DNA of 64,000 bases from Octopus sinensis (taxonomy: Eukaryota): contig NC_043000.1 of NCBI RefSeq assembly GCF_006345805.1, forward strand, positions 76,508,001 through 76,572,000, given 5' to 3'. Shown here piece by piece: positions 35,177-48,499 of the stretch. Below the pieces are notes generated by a model that was given only the letters and a program-made list of their open reading frames with translations, had not been told where the DNA came from and did no database searches. A program made the translations under genes and the position numbers. Each line of letters begins with the position of its first letter. The first letter of the stretch is position 1.

Positions 35177-36592
35177 GTATGTATTGAAACAAAAACCCCA
35201 GCTAAACACAGAACACGTTGAATTTCTATGTTGTTTCCTTTTTTATGTTTTTATCTATTTTCTTTAAAAGGACATGTTTTATTAGGTCATTGTAGAAAGT
35301 CTATCATGCGTAGTTGAGTATGATTGCCAACCATTAAGTAGGTATTTAATGTACAGGGGTTCTTTTAATGCGACACAGGCTTAAGGAGTAAATAGGACCA
35401 TTGTTTTCAAAGATAGATATAATTAAAAATATGTATTTTGTCATCTTTTGAATACCAGGTGTTAGGCGCATACGATGGTATAGAGATTTAGGTGCTGGAC
35501 TAATACTTTGTACCTTATCACCTACGCTGTGATATATCTACAGTGGTTGAATTACCAAGCACAACTATACGTAATCATGGACCTGTGGATTACACCTAAG
35601 TGCTACTTCGACTACATGTTTGCAGAGAATCTGTTTTATTAGAGCTGACTTGTATCTTCACAAATGCCTTGTACGCCTAGCTGTACTATATAACTACAGA
35701 GTACACACCTTGTAATAAACCGTGATAGTGTCAGTGAATTTGAAATTGCTAAGTGGTTTGTTGGATTGCATCAGTTTCATCTCTCGGGTAAATTGCCAAC
35801 AATAAACTAACTATCCAGCGTTGGGAGTAACCCATCTCTCGTGCACAGCACACCGGAAATTACAGATAAGGACTGATCCAGTACAACATTTAATCCTATT
35901 TTAAGCGCAACTGATCTACTTCCTGTGGGTAGCTGGTGGATTTGTCTCTCATTTTTAACACCTAGAAATAGAAAATATAACTTTGTCATAGAAAAATGCT
36001 GAAGTTTATGAAGAGAGATCGGAGTATTGATACTAAACTGAATACAGAAAACAGTGTTTGATGCCACACAAATTTAAGATCTCTATATGGAGCAGGTGAC
36101 ATCGCTCATTCACTCAAACATAATATTTGCTTGTTGTTAGTGATTTGCTAACTGTATTGAGACATATAGAGTCTTGACCACGACTAGTTACAAAACTTAA
36201 AGAATAAACAGTAACTGTAATAAGACACACGCGGTTTGCACTGTCACAGCGTTCCACAGCGTTGATTGCTTATGTCCATGGCATTCATTATACTGACAGC
36301 AATAACCCCCATGGTTACGACCCATTTCTCATTGGCAGAATCTAGCTGAACCCTCATCGATAATTTTCAGAGCTGCTTCCAACCGGGATTTATGTAGCTT
36401 TGTTGTATTTTCTTATAACTAAGTGGGACTGAGCTGTTCATGTCGACAGTTTCACACCTGCAACAAGATTTAAAACACCAATGTCTCGACGGGTAGTACA
36501 GGTCGTCGTTATCAATTCGACCATCTTTAACTTCAAGAAACTGCACCATGTTATACATACATATTTATAATATTTACATGTATATATATATA

Positions 36593-37078
<486 letters not shown>

Positions 37079-37194
37079 TATATATATTATATGTAGAAAA
37101 ATACAAACTGGGACAAGAACGTAAAACATTTAGAAGATGATACAAAAAACACTTCAATCTTCAGTCAAGAACCGGATCATCCTCGCAATTAAAC

Positions 37195-37227
<33 letters not shown>

Positions 37228-37242
37228 TATATACATACATGC

Positions 37243-37334
<92 letters not shown>

Positions 37335-37449
37335 TATGAATAAGGAGTCCAACGTAGGTCATATATCAGCGTGTGTATATATAAATTTTTTTTTTCAGAA
37401 TGAGATAAAAAAACCAAGGCTGTGAAGATTTTAGAACATTTATAAATAG

Positions 37450-37497
37450 GTCTTACAGCTGTTTCCAGGATATTTATTATATCCCTTCATCGGAAAC
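37450..37497 (-). ncRNA. Degenerate hammerhead motif (U4>C)
   Basis: Minus: gttt-CCGATGA-agggatat aataa atatcctg-GAAA-cagct-GTA-agac; palindromic ACAGCTGT stem III. Confidence 0.5.
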
Positions 37498-37824
37498 GGT
37501 TTGAGATAAAAGTTAAGCAATAGTTAATTTAGATAAGATACGAAATAGAGAGTGAAGTGGAGGAATGAAAATCGATGTGAGATATGTAGGGATATTGTAA
37601 CGAATCAGAGAGTGAAGTGGAGGAATGAAAATAGATGTGAGATATGCAGCAATATTGCATTTGCAATATCCCTGCATATCTCACATCTATATACTGTATA
37701 TACATATTTACAGGTATGTTGATGTAAACATGGTGCCAACGCACAAAACTTTCGGACCTTGAATCTCTTTCTTACTGCTGCTAAATGTAAATAATATATG
37801 TATGTATATCTATATCTATATCTA

Positions 37825-37907
<83 letters not shown>

Positions 37908-38261
37908 TGATCGTTAGACGGATATCTATCTATCTATCTATCTATCTTTCTATTGATCGTTCTTTTTTTCCTCTTCCCCCTTTTTCCCCCTTTTTCCTTC
38001 TTTTTTCATTTCTCTTTCCTTTTGTTCCTTTTCCTTTTGTTCCTTTTCCTTTCCTTTTTTTTTCTTTTTATTCCTTTTATTTTATTCAATTTTTTTTTTG
38101 TTTTTGTTCTTTTCTTCCCTTTTACGATCCCTCTTGATCGAAAGCCTACGCCACCCCATTTTTTTTTCTTTTGCTTTTTGTTCTCTTCATCCCCCAAAAG
38201 AAAAGCTCTACCTTGTAACTTGTCCCATCTGTGTGCAGCCCTGTGTGGCCAATAAAGAAAC

Positions 38262-38398
<137 letters not shown>

Positions 38399-38399
38399 A

Positions 38400-38515
38400 C
38401 CGTCACAGTCACCGTGACCGACCAGGCTATCAGATGTTGCTACACATCGCTGGTCACAATGCGCTTGCTTAGCCTTCAAATGACGCCACCCCGCTGGCTA
38501 AGCGAGCAGGCCAAT
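38400..38515 (-). mobile_element. 3' part of the SINE family seen at 45242
   Basis: Reverse complement of 45430-45545. Confidence 0.88.
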
Positions 38516-38529
38516 ATATATATGTGTGT

Positions 38530-38660
38530 ATGGGGGGTGCTGTATAGTAAGAAGCTTGCTTCCCAACCACATGGTTCCGGGTTCAGTCTCACTGCCTCGG
38601 ACTGACCAAAGCCTTGTAAGTGGATTTGGTAGACGGAAAGTAAAAGAAGCTCGCTGTATA
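38530..38660 (+). mobile_element. tRNA-derived SINE 5' fragment with internal deletion
   Basis: taagaagcttgcttcccaaccacatggttccgggttcagtc...ggatttggtagacggaaa. Confidence 0.8.
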
Positions 38661-39297
38661 TTTATCGCGAAACCACTGTGATATTTTTGCTCATTGACTG
38701 ACGAGGAAAACTCAGCTGCGAATATTCTGTGTGTCGCGTCTTTCTCTATATTTCCCGTCCGTTAAGTTTTCGTCTAGTTTCCAGTTTGATCTGCTTTCGC
38801 AGATATATCTTATCTTATCTTATGTATGTATGTATGTATGTATGTATGTATGTATGTATGTATGTATGTATGTATGTATCTATCTATCTATCTATCTTAC
38901 TCTTATTTGTCTGTCTACTAGCTCTCTCTCTCTCACACACACTCTCTCCCTCTCTATATCTCACTCTCTATTGTTTTTGCTTTCATTTTTCAGACGCTAT
39001 TCTTTTCACTTTCAATTTTCAAACGCCATTGTTTTTTCACTTTAACTTCAGTCGTTATTGTTTTCACTGTAAGTTCAATTGCTATTTACAAATAAACAAC
39101 GACAAATTACTGATAGAAAGAAGTTCACAATTACTGATGTAAGTAAATTCCTAATTTACTGACAGAAGTATCTTCATAAATTTCACTTCAATCCGTACGG
39201 TTTTGTGTTTTTCTGTTGTTGACGGTATTTTCCTGGTTCCTTCGATACTGACTCTTTGGTTCCCTAAGTGACAAACTTCGCTTCTACCCGTACAATA

Positions 39298-39497
39298 CTG
39301 GCAGAAACGTTAGCACGCCAGGCTAAATGCTTAGCGGTATTTCATCTGTCATTACGTTCTAAGTTCAAATTTCGCCGAGGTCGACTTTGCCTTTCATCCT
39401 TTATGGGTCGATAAAATACCAGTTGCGTACTGGGGTCGATCTAATCGACTGGCCCCTCCACCAAAATTTCGGACCTTGTGCCCAGAGTAGAAAAGAA
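39298..39497 (+). mobile_element. Short tRNA-like SINE (third family)
   Basis: tggcagaaacgttagc (A-box-like), gttcaaatttcgcc (B box), cctttcatcctt...ggtcgat core, purine-rich tail. Confidence 0.7.
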
Positions 39498-39599
39498 TAC
39501 TTTATTTTCGTTAAAATTTCTTATTTACTTTCTGCTCGTCGTATTAAGAAACACAATTTCCGTTAACAAGTTATATTCATTGTTTACTATCTTCTGCAC

Positions 39600-40450
39600 T
39601 CGTGTATTTCTGTATACGTATACAACCATGCCTAGAAGGAAAAATTTTTAAATCCTCTACAATATCAAGGTCAGCCAAAATAATATCTCTATCCAGGGAA
39701 ACAGAGATAGCTACAGAAAGGGAAACACACCAAGAAACGAACAGATTGTGCACAACAAAATTCAGAGCATCTCAAAGTGATGAACAGAAGTATGCACGAC
39801 TGACAAGGAATAGGATATCCCTCGCAGAACGAAAAATCACTAAAACTATAGAATCATTTATTATAGAAAACAAAAAATATATGGACTTATTCTCTAAAAA
39901 TAATATAAGAGTAGGATATTCTACTACCAACAACTTAGGGAACATCACTAAATAAACATAAGTTGTATAAATATCACTATGATAAATTAAATAAGTATCT
40001 TAATAGAGACTTAAAAAGTTACAATTGTAGGGATAAAAATCACTGTAAAATTAAAAGTAGATGTAGTATATAAATGTGTGGTTTCTGTAAACGAAGATAA
40101 GAATGAACTAAGTGAAATAAATAATAATAATATGAATACTGAAAGAAATTCAGAAAGAACATATACTGGTTCGACATCGAATAATATTAAACAACGAATA
40201 GCGCAGCATATGAATTCATTCAAAAATAAGAAATTAATGAACTGGACAGGTTTGAGTAAATGCATCTAGAGTTTAAAATAAAAAGAAATTAAATATAAAG
40301 AGGGAGATAATAAGAAAAAACCAAATCGTATAGAATTGGGAATAGACTATGTTTGCTGTGTACCAATGAATTCATGGACTAAAGCTAAACTACTTAATGC
40401 ACAGGATGAAAGAAAAATTAAATGTAAACATAAAGTGGTTAATTAATAAA
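39600..40450 (+). mobile_element. Penelope-like element relic (GIY-YIG endonuclease)
   Basis: NNIRVGYSTTNNL; VVYKCVVS...YTGSTSNNIKQRIAQH...GLSKCI. Confidence 0.8.
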
Positions 40451-40678
40451 ATCTAACCCTCAAGCAAATAAACATAAATTAATTGTTAGAAATTACTATT
40501 AAATACTATTATTTAAATTTAACTTACTATTTGAATGTGGGGAGTGATGGTTGTGCGATGGTAAGGAGGGTGGGTGAATAAAAATGATTGTTCCCATAAT
40601 ACATTTATTTCCTGTTCTTGTTGTCCCTTTTTGTATCACCTAGCTGTCCGGGTGTTTTTGCGTTCTTGTTCCATTTTG

Positions 40679-40803
<125 letters not shown>

Positions 40804-41345
40804 TATAAATAAATATGCGATATGTTTTCTATTGATGTGTTTTCTATTGATATGTTTTCTTGAGATAAAGGTCCACAATAAGTGGGTAAGACTTTATATT
40901 AATACCAGTGATATTAGTCGGTATTAAAAGTAATAAATGTCCGGGTATTAATCAAGATACTTTATTATTTTCCGTTACTTTTTGTTTGAGTTGCTGAAAT
41001 TCTGCGGGAAGTGGGGTGGTGGTGGTGGTGGTTATAGTCAGTCCCGTAATGTAATTGGTCATCTATTGTTTTGAAAGGCTATGACTTTGTTATGGTTGGT
41101 TAATGGATAACCGATAACATAAATAACAAAGTAGGCAAAATATATAAATGTATACAAATAAAAAAAAACCCCAAATAATCTAAGGTTAACTATTAGTTGG
41201 TAGGATAGTAAAAGTCAATAAAGAAATTAATATAGGGACTTGACTCTATTATATTATATTAATTTAAGTTATGTTAAATTACGCAATATATAAGAAAAAT
41301 GTGGAAGGATTTATATATACATACATACATACATACATACATACA

Positions 41346-41382
<37 letters not shown>

Positions 41383-41384
41383 AT

Positions 41385-42300
41385 TATATAAAATCCGTTG
41401 TCTTCTAGGATCTCGGGCATCCTCCACCCGATTGCGCTCAAATTTGATATGTAGATACGGACGGTATCAGGGCGTGTATAAGTCTTGAAAAATTACAAAA
41501 ATCGATTCCAGGTGAGAATGCAATCGATAAAGCAGTGCATTTGTACGCGCAGGTACACCAGCTGTTGCGATCAATACTACGCGTACGCGAGAAAAATGCA
41601 CATGCATTTGCCATTTGCCAGGCAGTTTACCCCGATCTATCTTCGAATTTCGGTGACCATCAATGGTTGTGTGGCAGAGCCATTTTAGCACCAACCAATG
41701 CCAACGTCAATACGCTTAACACTCGCCTCCTTCGTCAACTGCCGATCCAGGAACGAATCTGTACATCCGTCGATTCAATTACTGACCCAGAGTAAGTCAT
41801 GATGTACCCGACCGAATTTCTTAACTCAAGAACCATCGGGTTTGTCACCCCATAAACTCTGCCTCAAGGCTGGAAGTCCCATTATTCTCCTCCGAAACTT
41901 GGAACCCCCACGAGTTTGCAATGGCACTCGGTTGGTTCTCACCCAACCTTTGGATGACGTTCTCGAGGCAAAAGTTATCACGGGTCAAGGAGCAGGAGAT
42001 GTTGTTTTTATTTCCCGCATGCCATTGATTCCGTCGGACTGTGTTTACCCGATGAAACGCGTTCAATTACCTATTCGTCTGAGCTTCGCGATGACCATCA
42101 ACAAAGCACAGGGGCAGTCATTGAAAGTCGTGGGGTTGGACCTCAGCACTCCCTGCTTTTCGCATGGACAACTGTATGTGGGCTGTTTGACAAACCTTTT
42201 CTACTACGCTCCAGACGGAGTAACAAGGAATGTGGTTTACAAGGCTGCGCTCCACTAGCTTTTCCATGCCCAGTAAAGTAAGTTAGCTTAAAAGTAAGTT
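41385..42300 (+). mobile_element. Internally deleted Helitron with Pif1-type helicase C-terminal remnant
   Basis: RAILAPTN, LLRNL...CNGTRL, FAMTINKAQGQSL, FSHGQLYV; ends not defined. Confidence 0.88.
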
Positions 42301-42833
42301 AGCTTAAAATTAGCTACTTAGTTGCCTAGGTTGTTACTTTTCATAAAAAATTGCCCCAAGTTGATTTCTTACATATTTTATCGGATATACTTATTATTGT
42401 CCCAGGTACGTTCTCATAAATTTATCATGCTTTTCCATCTAGTTTTACCTCCAGCTAACCTATTTGCATGCATCGTTTTTGTCCTGCTTTTCTTCCGTCA
42501 ACCTGTACATAACTGCACCTTCCATTTTTTGTTGTTTTTGTACTGCTTAACGGCACGTTTCTTTCCTGCCAAGCTTACTGTTTAAACCATGTTTGTGTTC
42601 TCCCAGTCAACAGACTTATCATTACTGGTACTTTAAACTTTTTGGTTGCGTATTTGTGTGAGTAAAATCGTTTTCCTTTGGAAAAAAAGTCTATCTTTAT
42701 TTCTTCTTTTGCTGGTGTCTCAAATTTAGGTTAAATCAGTGTTTCTCAAAAAGGAGGCCTATGGGGCGGTCGGACAAGTTGTTTTGAGAAAATTTGGTTT
42801 AAATGTTTGACAACTCAGCACCGTCCATTGGAC

Positions 42834-42862
42834 GGGGGGCGTTTTGCTCGTATATATATATA

Positions 42863-42904
<42 letters not shown>

Positions 42905-42920
42905 GAGCAAAACGCCCCCC
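42834..42920. repeat. Perfect 17-bp inverted repeat around a (TA)n spacer
   Basis: ggggggcgttttgctcg-(TA)n-cgagcaaaacgcccccc. Confidence 0.95.
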
Positions 42921-43330
42921 AGCGGGGTGGCGTCATTTGAAGGCTAAAACAATGCGAAGCGCATTGTGACCAGCGATGTGTAACAACATCTGATAGCCTG
43001 GTCGGTCACGGTGATATATACATACACACACACACACACACATATATATATACACATACACATATACATGCATATACCCCCCCACACATATATACTACTA
43101 TCTTAAAAAATCTGATTAAGTCCAAAGGGTAGTACTCGATAATGTTATTACTTTATATACTTGTGGGGTGTAATTGAATGTAAATTATAAGCTAGTCAAT
43201 GTTTATTTATTAAAGGCACCAGCAGAAAATATAAACATATGCATACCTATCTAAACCTACATATATGTGTGTGGATTCATAAATATATATATTTACAAGT
43301 GCGTGCACATAGATACATATATATATTTAG
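42921..43330 (+). repeat. Diverged direct duplicate of 45448-45870 (SINE 3' end plus flank)
   Basis: agcggggtggcgtcatttg...cacatagatacatat occurs at both positions. Confidence 0.9.
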
Positions 43331-43401
43331 TTACTCAATTAATGAACCAACTCAATATATACTGTATATTATATATCCTCTTTTATATATATCTACATAT
43401 A

Positions 43402-44686
43402 CGAGGGACGTTCAGTAAGTAATGCCCCTGACCCACTTGTTGTTTGATCTTGCTGAAATTTTGCATGTGCAATTATTCATATCTCTATAGATTACGTGGC
43501 AAATTACAGCTCTGAACTAATTGTGGTTTCTGATTAACAGGTGTTTGAACTGAGTCAAGTGTGAAATGGAGCCTGTTGAGTGTCGAGCAGTGATCCGGGT
43601 TTTGTATTTGAAAGGACGCACACCACGGGAGGCTTTTGATGAAATGAAAGTAACTTATGATAATGATGCCCATCATATGACCTTGTAAAACGCTGGCATC
43701 GTGAATTCAAACATGGTCGGAACTCTGTGGAAACAGCCCCCAGATCTGGTCACCCTCCTTCTGCCATTGATGAGGCATCTGTCCGTCAAGTTGAGGTTGC
43801 CATTTTAGAAGATCGACGCATAACTATTCGCCAAATAGCCCATGAGGTCAAGATTAGTACCGGGTCTGTGGAAACTATCATTCATGACCATTTGCATATG
43901 CAAAAGGTGTCTGCCAGATGGATTCCCATGTTGCTCACACCTTTCCAGAAGCAAGAACGCGTCGAGTGCTCGAGGATGAATTTGGAGATGTGCCAAGATG
44001 AGTCAAAATTTTTCAAAAGACTGATTACACAGGATGAAACCTGGGTCCATCACCATGATCCAGAGACCAAAGCCCAGTCAATGCAGTGGAAACACCGTGA
44101 CTCACCTCCTCCAAAGAAGGCAAGGGAGCAGCCCTCCGCTGGCAAGGTCATGCTCACAGTCTTCTGGGACGAGGACGGAGTAGAGATGACAGATTTCCTG
44201 GCAAATGGTACCACAATTACAGGATCCTATTATGCTTCACTTCTGAGGAAATTAAGAGAAGCTATCAAAATCAAGAGGCGGGGCAAGATCAGCAAAGTCA
44301 TCCTCCTTCTGCAGGACAACGCTCCGGTCCACAACTCGATGGTCGCCAGATCAGAAGCACAGGCGTGCGGCTATGAATTCTTCCCCCAAACTCCTACTCT
44401 CCTGACCTTGCACCCTCGAATTTTCACCTCTTCCCAGCCATGAAGTTGTTTTTGAAAGGAAAGCGTTTCCCAGATGATGCAGCCTTGATTTCTGAAGTCA
44501 GGTCGTGGTTGGAGGACCAAGCTGGGGTCTTCTACAAAAACGGTCTCTAGAGCTGCATCAAACGATGGGAGAAATGTATAACTCTGGGTGGTTCCTATGT
44601 AAAAGAAGACTAATAACTGTGCCAAGTGTCGTTGCTCTACTGCTATGGGAAGTGGGTCATGGGCATTACTTATTGAATGCCCCTCG
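43402..44686 (+). mobile_element. Full-length mariner transposon (1285 bp), inactivated
   Basis: TIRs cgagggacgttcagtaagtaatgccc / gggcattacttattgaatgcccctcg and TA TSD. Transposase 43566-44613 with WIPMLL, TQDETW, QDNA and YSPDLAPSN; two frameshifts. Confidence 0.95.
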
Positions 44687-45095
44687 TAACTACATTGTTG
44701 TTATTTATCGCTAAAATTATGTTTAAATCTATTTTATCTGACAAAATGCCTCAAATGCAAGACTCTATGTAATAATGTTGAGTCAATTAATGAACCAATC
44801 AGTCATTCAGTCCTTTAAAATATTTATCCGTCTATTTATTCAGTTTTATTACTTTTTATGTTATATTTAAGAGGTGTGTTGGTGGGGGGTTTATTAAGCT
44901 ATAAACAGAACGAAGGGAGGTAACTCTGGGTTATCGAGGTCTATAATTAGAATAAAGATACTCAAAAATTTAGGTCCCTTATTCAATCAATCAATAATCA
45001 ACTTATCAATCAACCAATTAATCAATCAATTTATTGGTTCTGTAATGGGGTTGCATATAAATGCCTGTATCTATATACATACATATGTATATACA

Positions 45096-45183
<88 letters not shown>

Positions 45184-45241
45184 ACACACACATATATATA
45201 CAACTATATATATTTATATACACATATATATACATATATGT

Positions 45242-45545
45242 GGAGGCGCGATGGCCCAGTGGTTAGGGCATCGGACTCGCGGTCGTAGGATCGCGGTTTC
45301 GATTCCCAGACCGGGCGTTGTGAGTGTTTATTGAGCGAAAACACCTAAAGCTCCACGAGGCTCCGGCAGGGTGGTGGTGGCGATCCCTGCTGTACTCTTT
45401 CGCCACAACTTTCTCTCACTCTTTCTACTGTTGGCCTGCTCGTTTAGCCAGCGGGGTGGCGTCATTTGAAGGCTAAACCAATGCGAAGCGCATTGTGACC
45501 AGCGATGTGTAACAACATCTGATAGCCTGGTCGGTCACGGTGATA
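45242..45545 (+). mobile_element. Full-length tRNA-derived SINE (second family)
   Basis: A box tggcccagtggttagg, B box ggtttcgattccc, then a non-tRNA body; lies between (CA)/(TA) tracts. Confidence 0.9.
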
Positions 45546-46089
45546 TATATACACACACACACACATACTCACACACACACACATATATATATATATATAC
45601 ACATACACATATACATGCATATACCCACACACACATATATACTACTATCTTAAAAAATCTGATAAATCCAAAGAGTAGTACTAGATATTGTTATTACTTT
45701 ATATACTTGTAGGGTGTAATTGAATGTAAATAATAAGCTAGTCAATGTTTATTTATTAAAGGCACCAGCAGAAAATATAAACATATACATACCTACCTAA
45801 ACCTACATATATGTGTGTGGATTCATAAATATATATTTATAAGTGCGTGCACATAGATACATATATACACACATATCCGCATATATTAATACAAAAGTAG
45901 CAACAATAGTAATATATACTCACACATACATATATGTATATAATTATAGCTAATTCAATATATATACCTGCATAATTATCATATATTATATAATACAGTA
46001 TAACAACAACAACAATAATAATAATAATAATTATTATTATGTCAGTAGGGGTATTTTTATACAAAGTTCTAGTGGTATTTGGAAAAGTT

Positions 46090-46920
46090 ATGCCCAATTT
46101 TATGAAGACAAGAACGTTGCGTTCCTTAAAGCTGTTAAGCTTAATTTCAGTCCCAATTATAAAGAAAATTTCATTAATACACAACATACATTTTTCTATT
46201 TTAAGTATTATACGCAGATGCTGTTGTTAATATTTTCCAATTTAAATTATAGTTAATTCCACCATCCTTAATATCCCATATATAGCTTCTTAACTCTGTA
46301 GAATCTCTTCTATTTCTGTTTCTAAATGTATAGTTATGATAATTAAGTCTGTTTCATATTGTTTTTTGTCGCACCCACATATACCTTGCTGTCATATTGT
46401 GTACTTACTATACATTGATATACTACCCCCTTTCTAATGCAATTATTATTAAATACACAATTATTACTTATTCTACAATCACATGTTATGTGTGGCTGTA
46501 TAGGTTTTATGTTACTGGGGTTGGATCCCAATAATGTTATTATTGCTTATTCTACTGTGATCATTAATGTTAGTATTTACTCATATACCACGGTTTCGGA
46601 TTCTGGCCAGAGGGCCTTAACTTCATCAGTGTAAGTGACTGGTAAATCACGTTATAAATCTGCCTGTGTTATAGCTCGTTTTACCACATGGTGCAAAATA
46701 TATATAAGCAAAAAGCATTCAAGTGTTTACACTCGAAGTAAGATGTTATTACTTTTAATATCATCTACGGACAAAATTTTTAAATGAGGATATTAAGAAG
46801 CAGTAATATTGGCGGTTCAACAAGTCAAATAGAATTAATAGCTATGAAATTTAAAGTTAGCACGAGGCATAAGGATGCGGAAAACAACATCGACCTGTTT
46901 AGAAATAGGAGCTAAATTCC
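46090..46920 (-). mobile_element. Penelope-like relic (GIY-YIG) with embedded hammerhead
   Basis: CDCRISNNCVFNNNCIRKGVVYQCIV...VYVGATKNNMKQ. Confidence 0.78.
46579..46636 (-). ncRNA. Minimal hammerhead ribozyme-like motif in Penelope relic
   Basis: Minus: acttaca-CTGATGA-agttaa ggcc ctct ggcc agaatcc-GAAA-ccgtg-GTA-tatgagt; stem I 6 of 7 paired. Confidence 0.62.
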
Positions 46921-47379
46921 TAGTACAACCGCCGGAAGTCACCAAATAACAATATGTTCATAGATGCATAGATGGAGAGTTGCCGAAGAAGTCACAGGGA
47001 ATGTGACGAAAGCTTTCCAGACAAAGGACTTAGAATAATGATGTAAATGTAATTGTCACAAAGAAAGGGAATTTGTTTTACATTTTGAGCTTGTGCCCTT
47101 TGTCAAATAGACTAAGGAAAGTAAAAGGTCCGTGTACAGGATTGATGTTAATGATGGATAAAGGAAGTGAGTTAGTTAATAGATGATTTCAGTGTAGAAC
47201 ATTGTTAGTGGATGACGGGCAGAAATGTCGGACATGCACAAAAAAGCAGAGCTGGTGTGTGTGTGTGTATGCGTGTATGCTATTTCATGCATATGCATCT
47301 ATGTGGGTAAGATAGTATGTATGCAAAAGTGTCTGAATTGGAAGTCCATCTGTACGTCCATGTGTGAGTGTATGTAAGT

Positions 47380-48090
47380 TATACCTTAGATTAGGAATGA
47401 AAAAGTTGATAGGGAGGGATAAGAGGAGATATAAACGATTGTTGATGCAATTAGGACAGAATGTGCCGCGTATGAAAATATTTTAAGGTTCCTTATGTAC
47501 ACAAGTGAAGAGAGGTCGTTGGTGTTGGAGTAATAAGAAGACAGAGAAGTGGTAGGGAAAGTGATATGGTGAGTTGCAAGTTTAAGGTGGTCGGAGGTGT
47601 TGTGTCGTGTGTGAAGTTGGTGGTCTTTGAAGCGATCTGCCAAGTGTCGACAAATTTCCCCTGTCTACAAATCCTTTAAAGAATTGACACTTGATACAGT
47701 ATACAATATTGTTTGAATCACTAGTGAAGTAGTTAGCCAGCTGGAAGGTAGATATAAGCCTGGATAAAGTCGGAATGTTGACATAAAAGAAGAGTTGTTA
47801 CTACAGGATCAAGAACTGGCAGAGGTTCTAGGTTGGATTTGACTAGGGAGAGAAAGAAATTCAAGCCAAAAAATTGCAAAGTTTACCAAGTAGGTGTAGA
47901 AGAAGGATTGGATGTGGCTTTAAGGAAGATTGGAGGTTTAACTAGATCAAAGTATAAGGAATGGCGATTATAGAGAATTGTGAATTGAAGAGGGTGAGTG
48001 GCCGGGAAAAAGGGGAGCAAGAAATGCATTTGGTGGGTAGGCGAGTGTGATAAGGTTGATGGCTTAGGCTGGGCAACAGTAGGTTGCGAG
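47380..48090 (-). mobile_element. Degenerate Penelope-like GIY-YIG relic
   Basis: NIVYCIKC..., GEICRHLADRFKDH. Confidence 0.65.
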
Positions 48091-48499
48091 GAAGAAGTGG
48101 ATTTGCTAGACGGAAACGGAAACGTGAAAGTCCGTTGTATGTATGTTATGTAAGTATGTATGAATGTATGTATGTATGTATGTATGTATGTATGTATGTA
48201 TGTATGTATGTATGTATATATATATATATATTTAGAATAATAAGATAGTCAGAATGTTGGATGATTATATATATATATTTTATTTATTTACATCTTATTT
48301 ATATTTTTAGCGCTTTCTTCCGTTATTGGTTTCATAAAAAAATGGCTGAAATTTAGATTTCTTGGCCTTTTTATAAAGCATTTTCTGGGGCTTGCCAAGC
48401 AAAGGAGACGAAAAAAGTTTTTAAGAAGGAGAAGGTAAAGAGGCATGGCTTTTGTATGATCAATAGGAGTGGTCCACTAATTATCAAAAAAATTATGGG

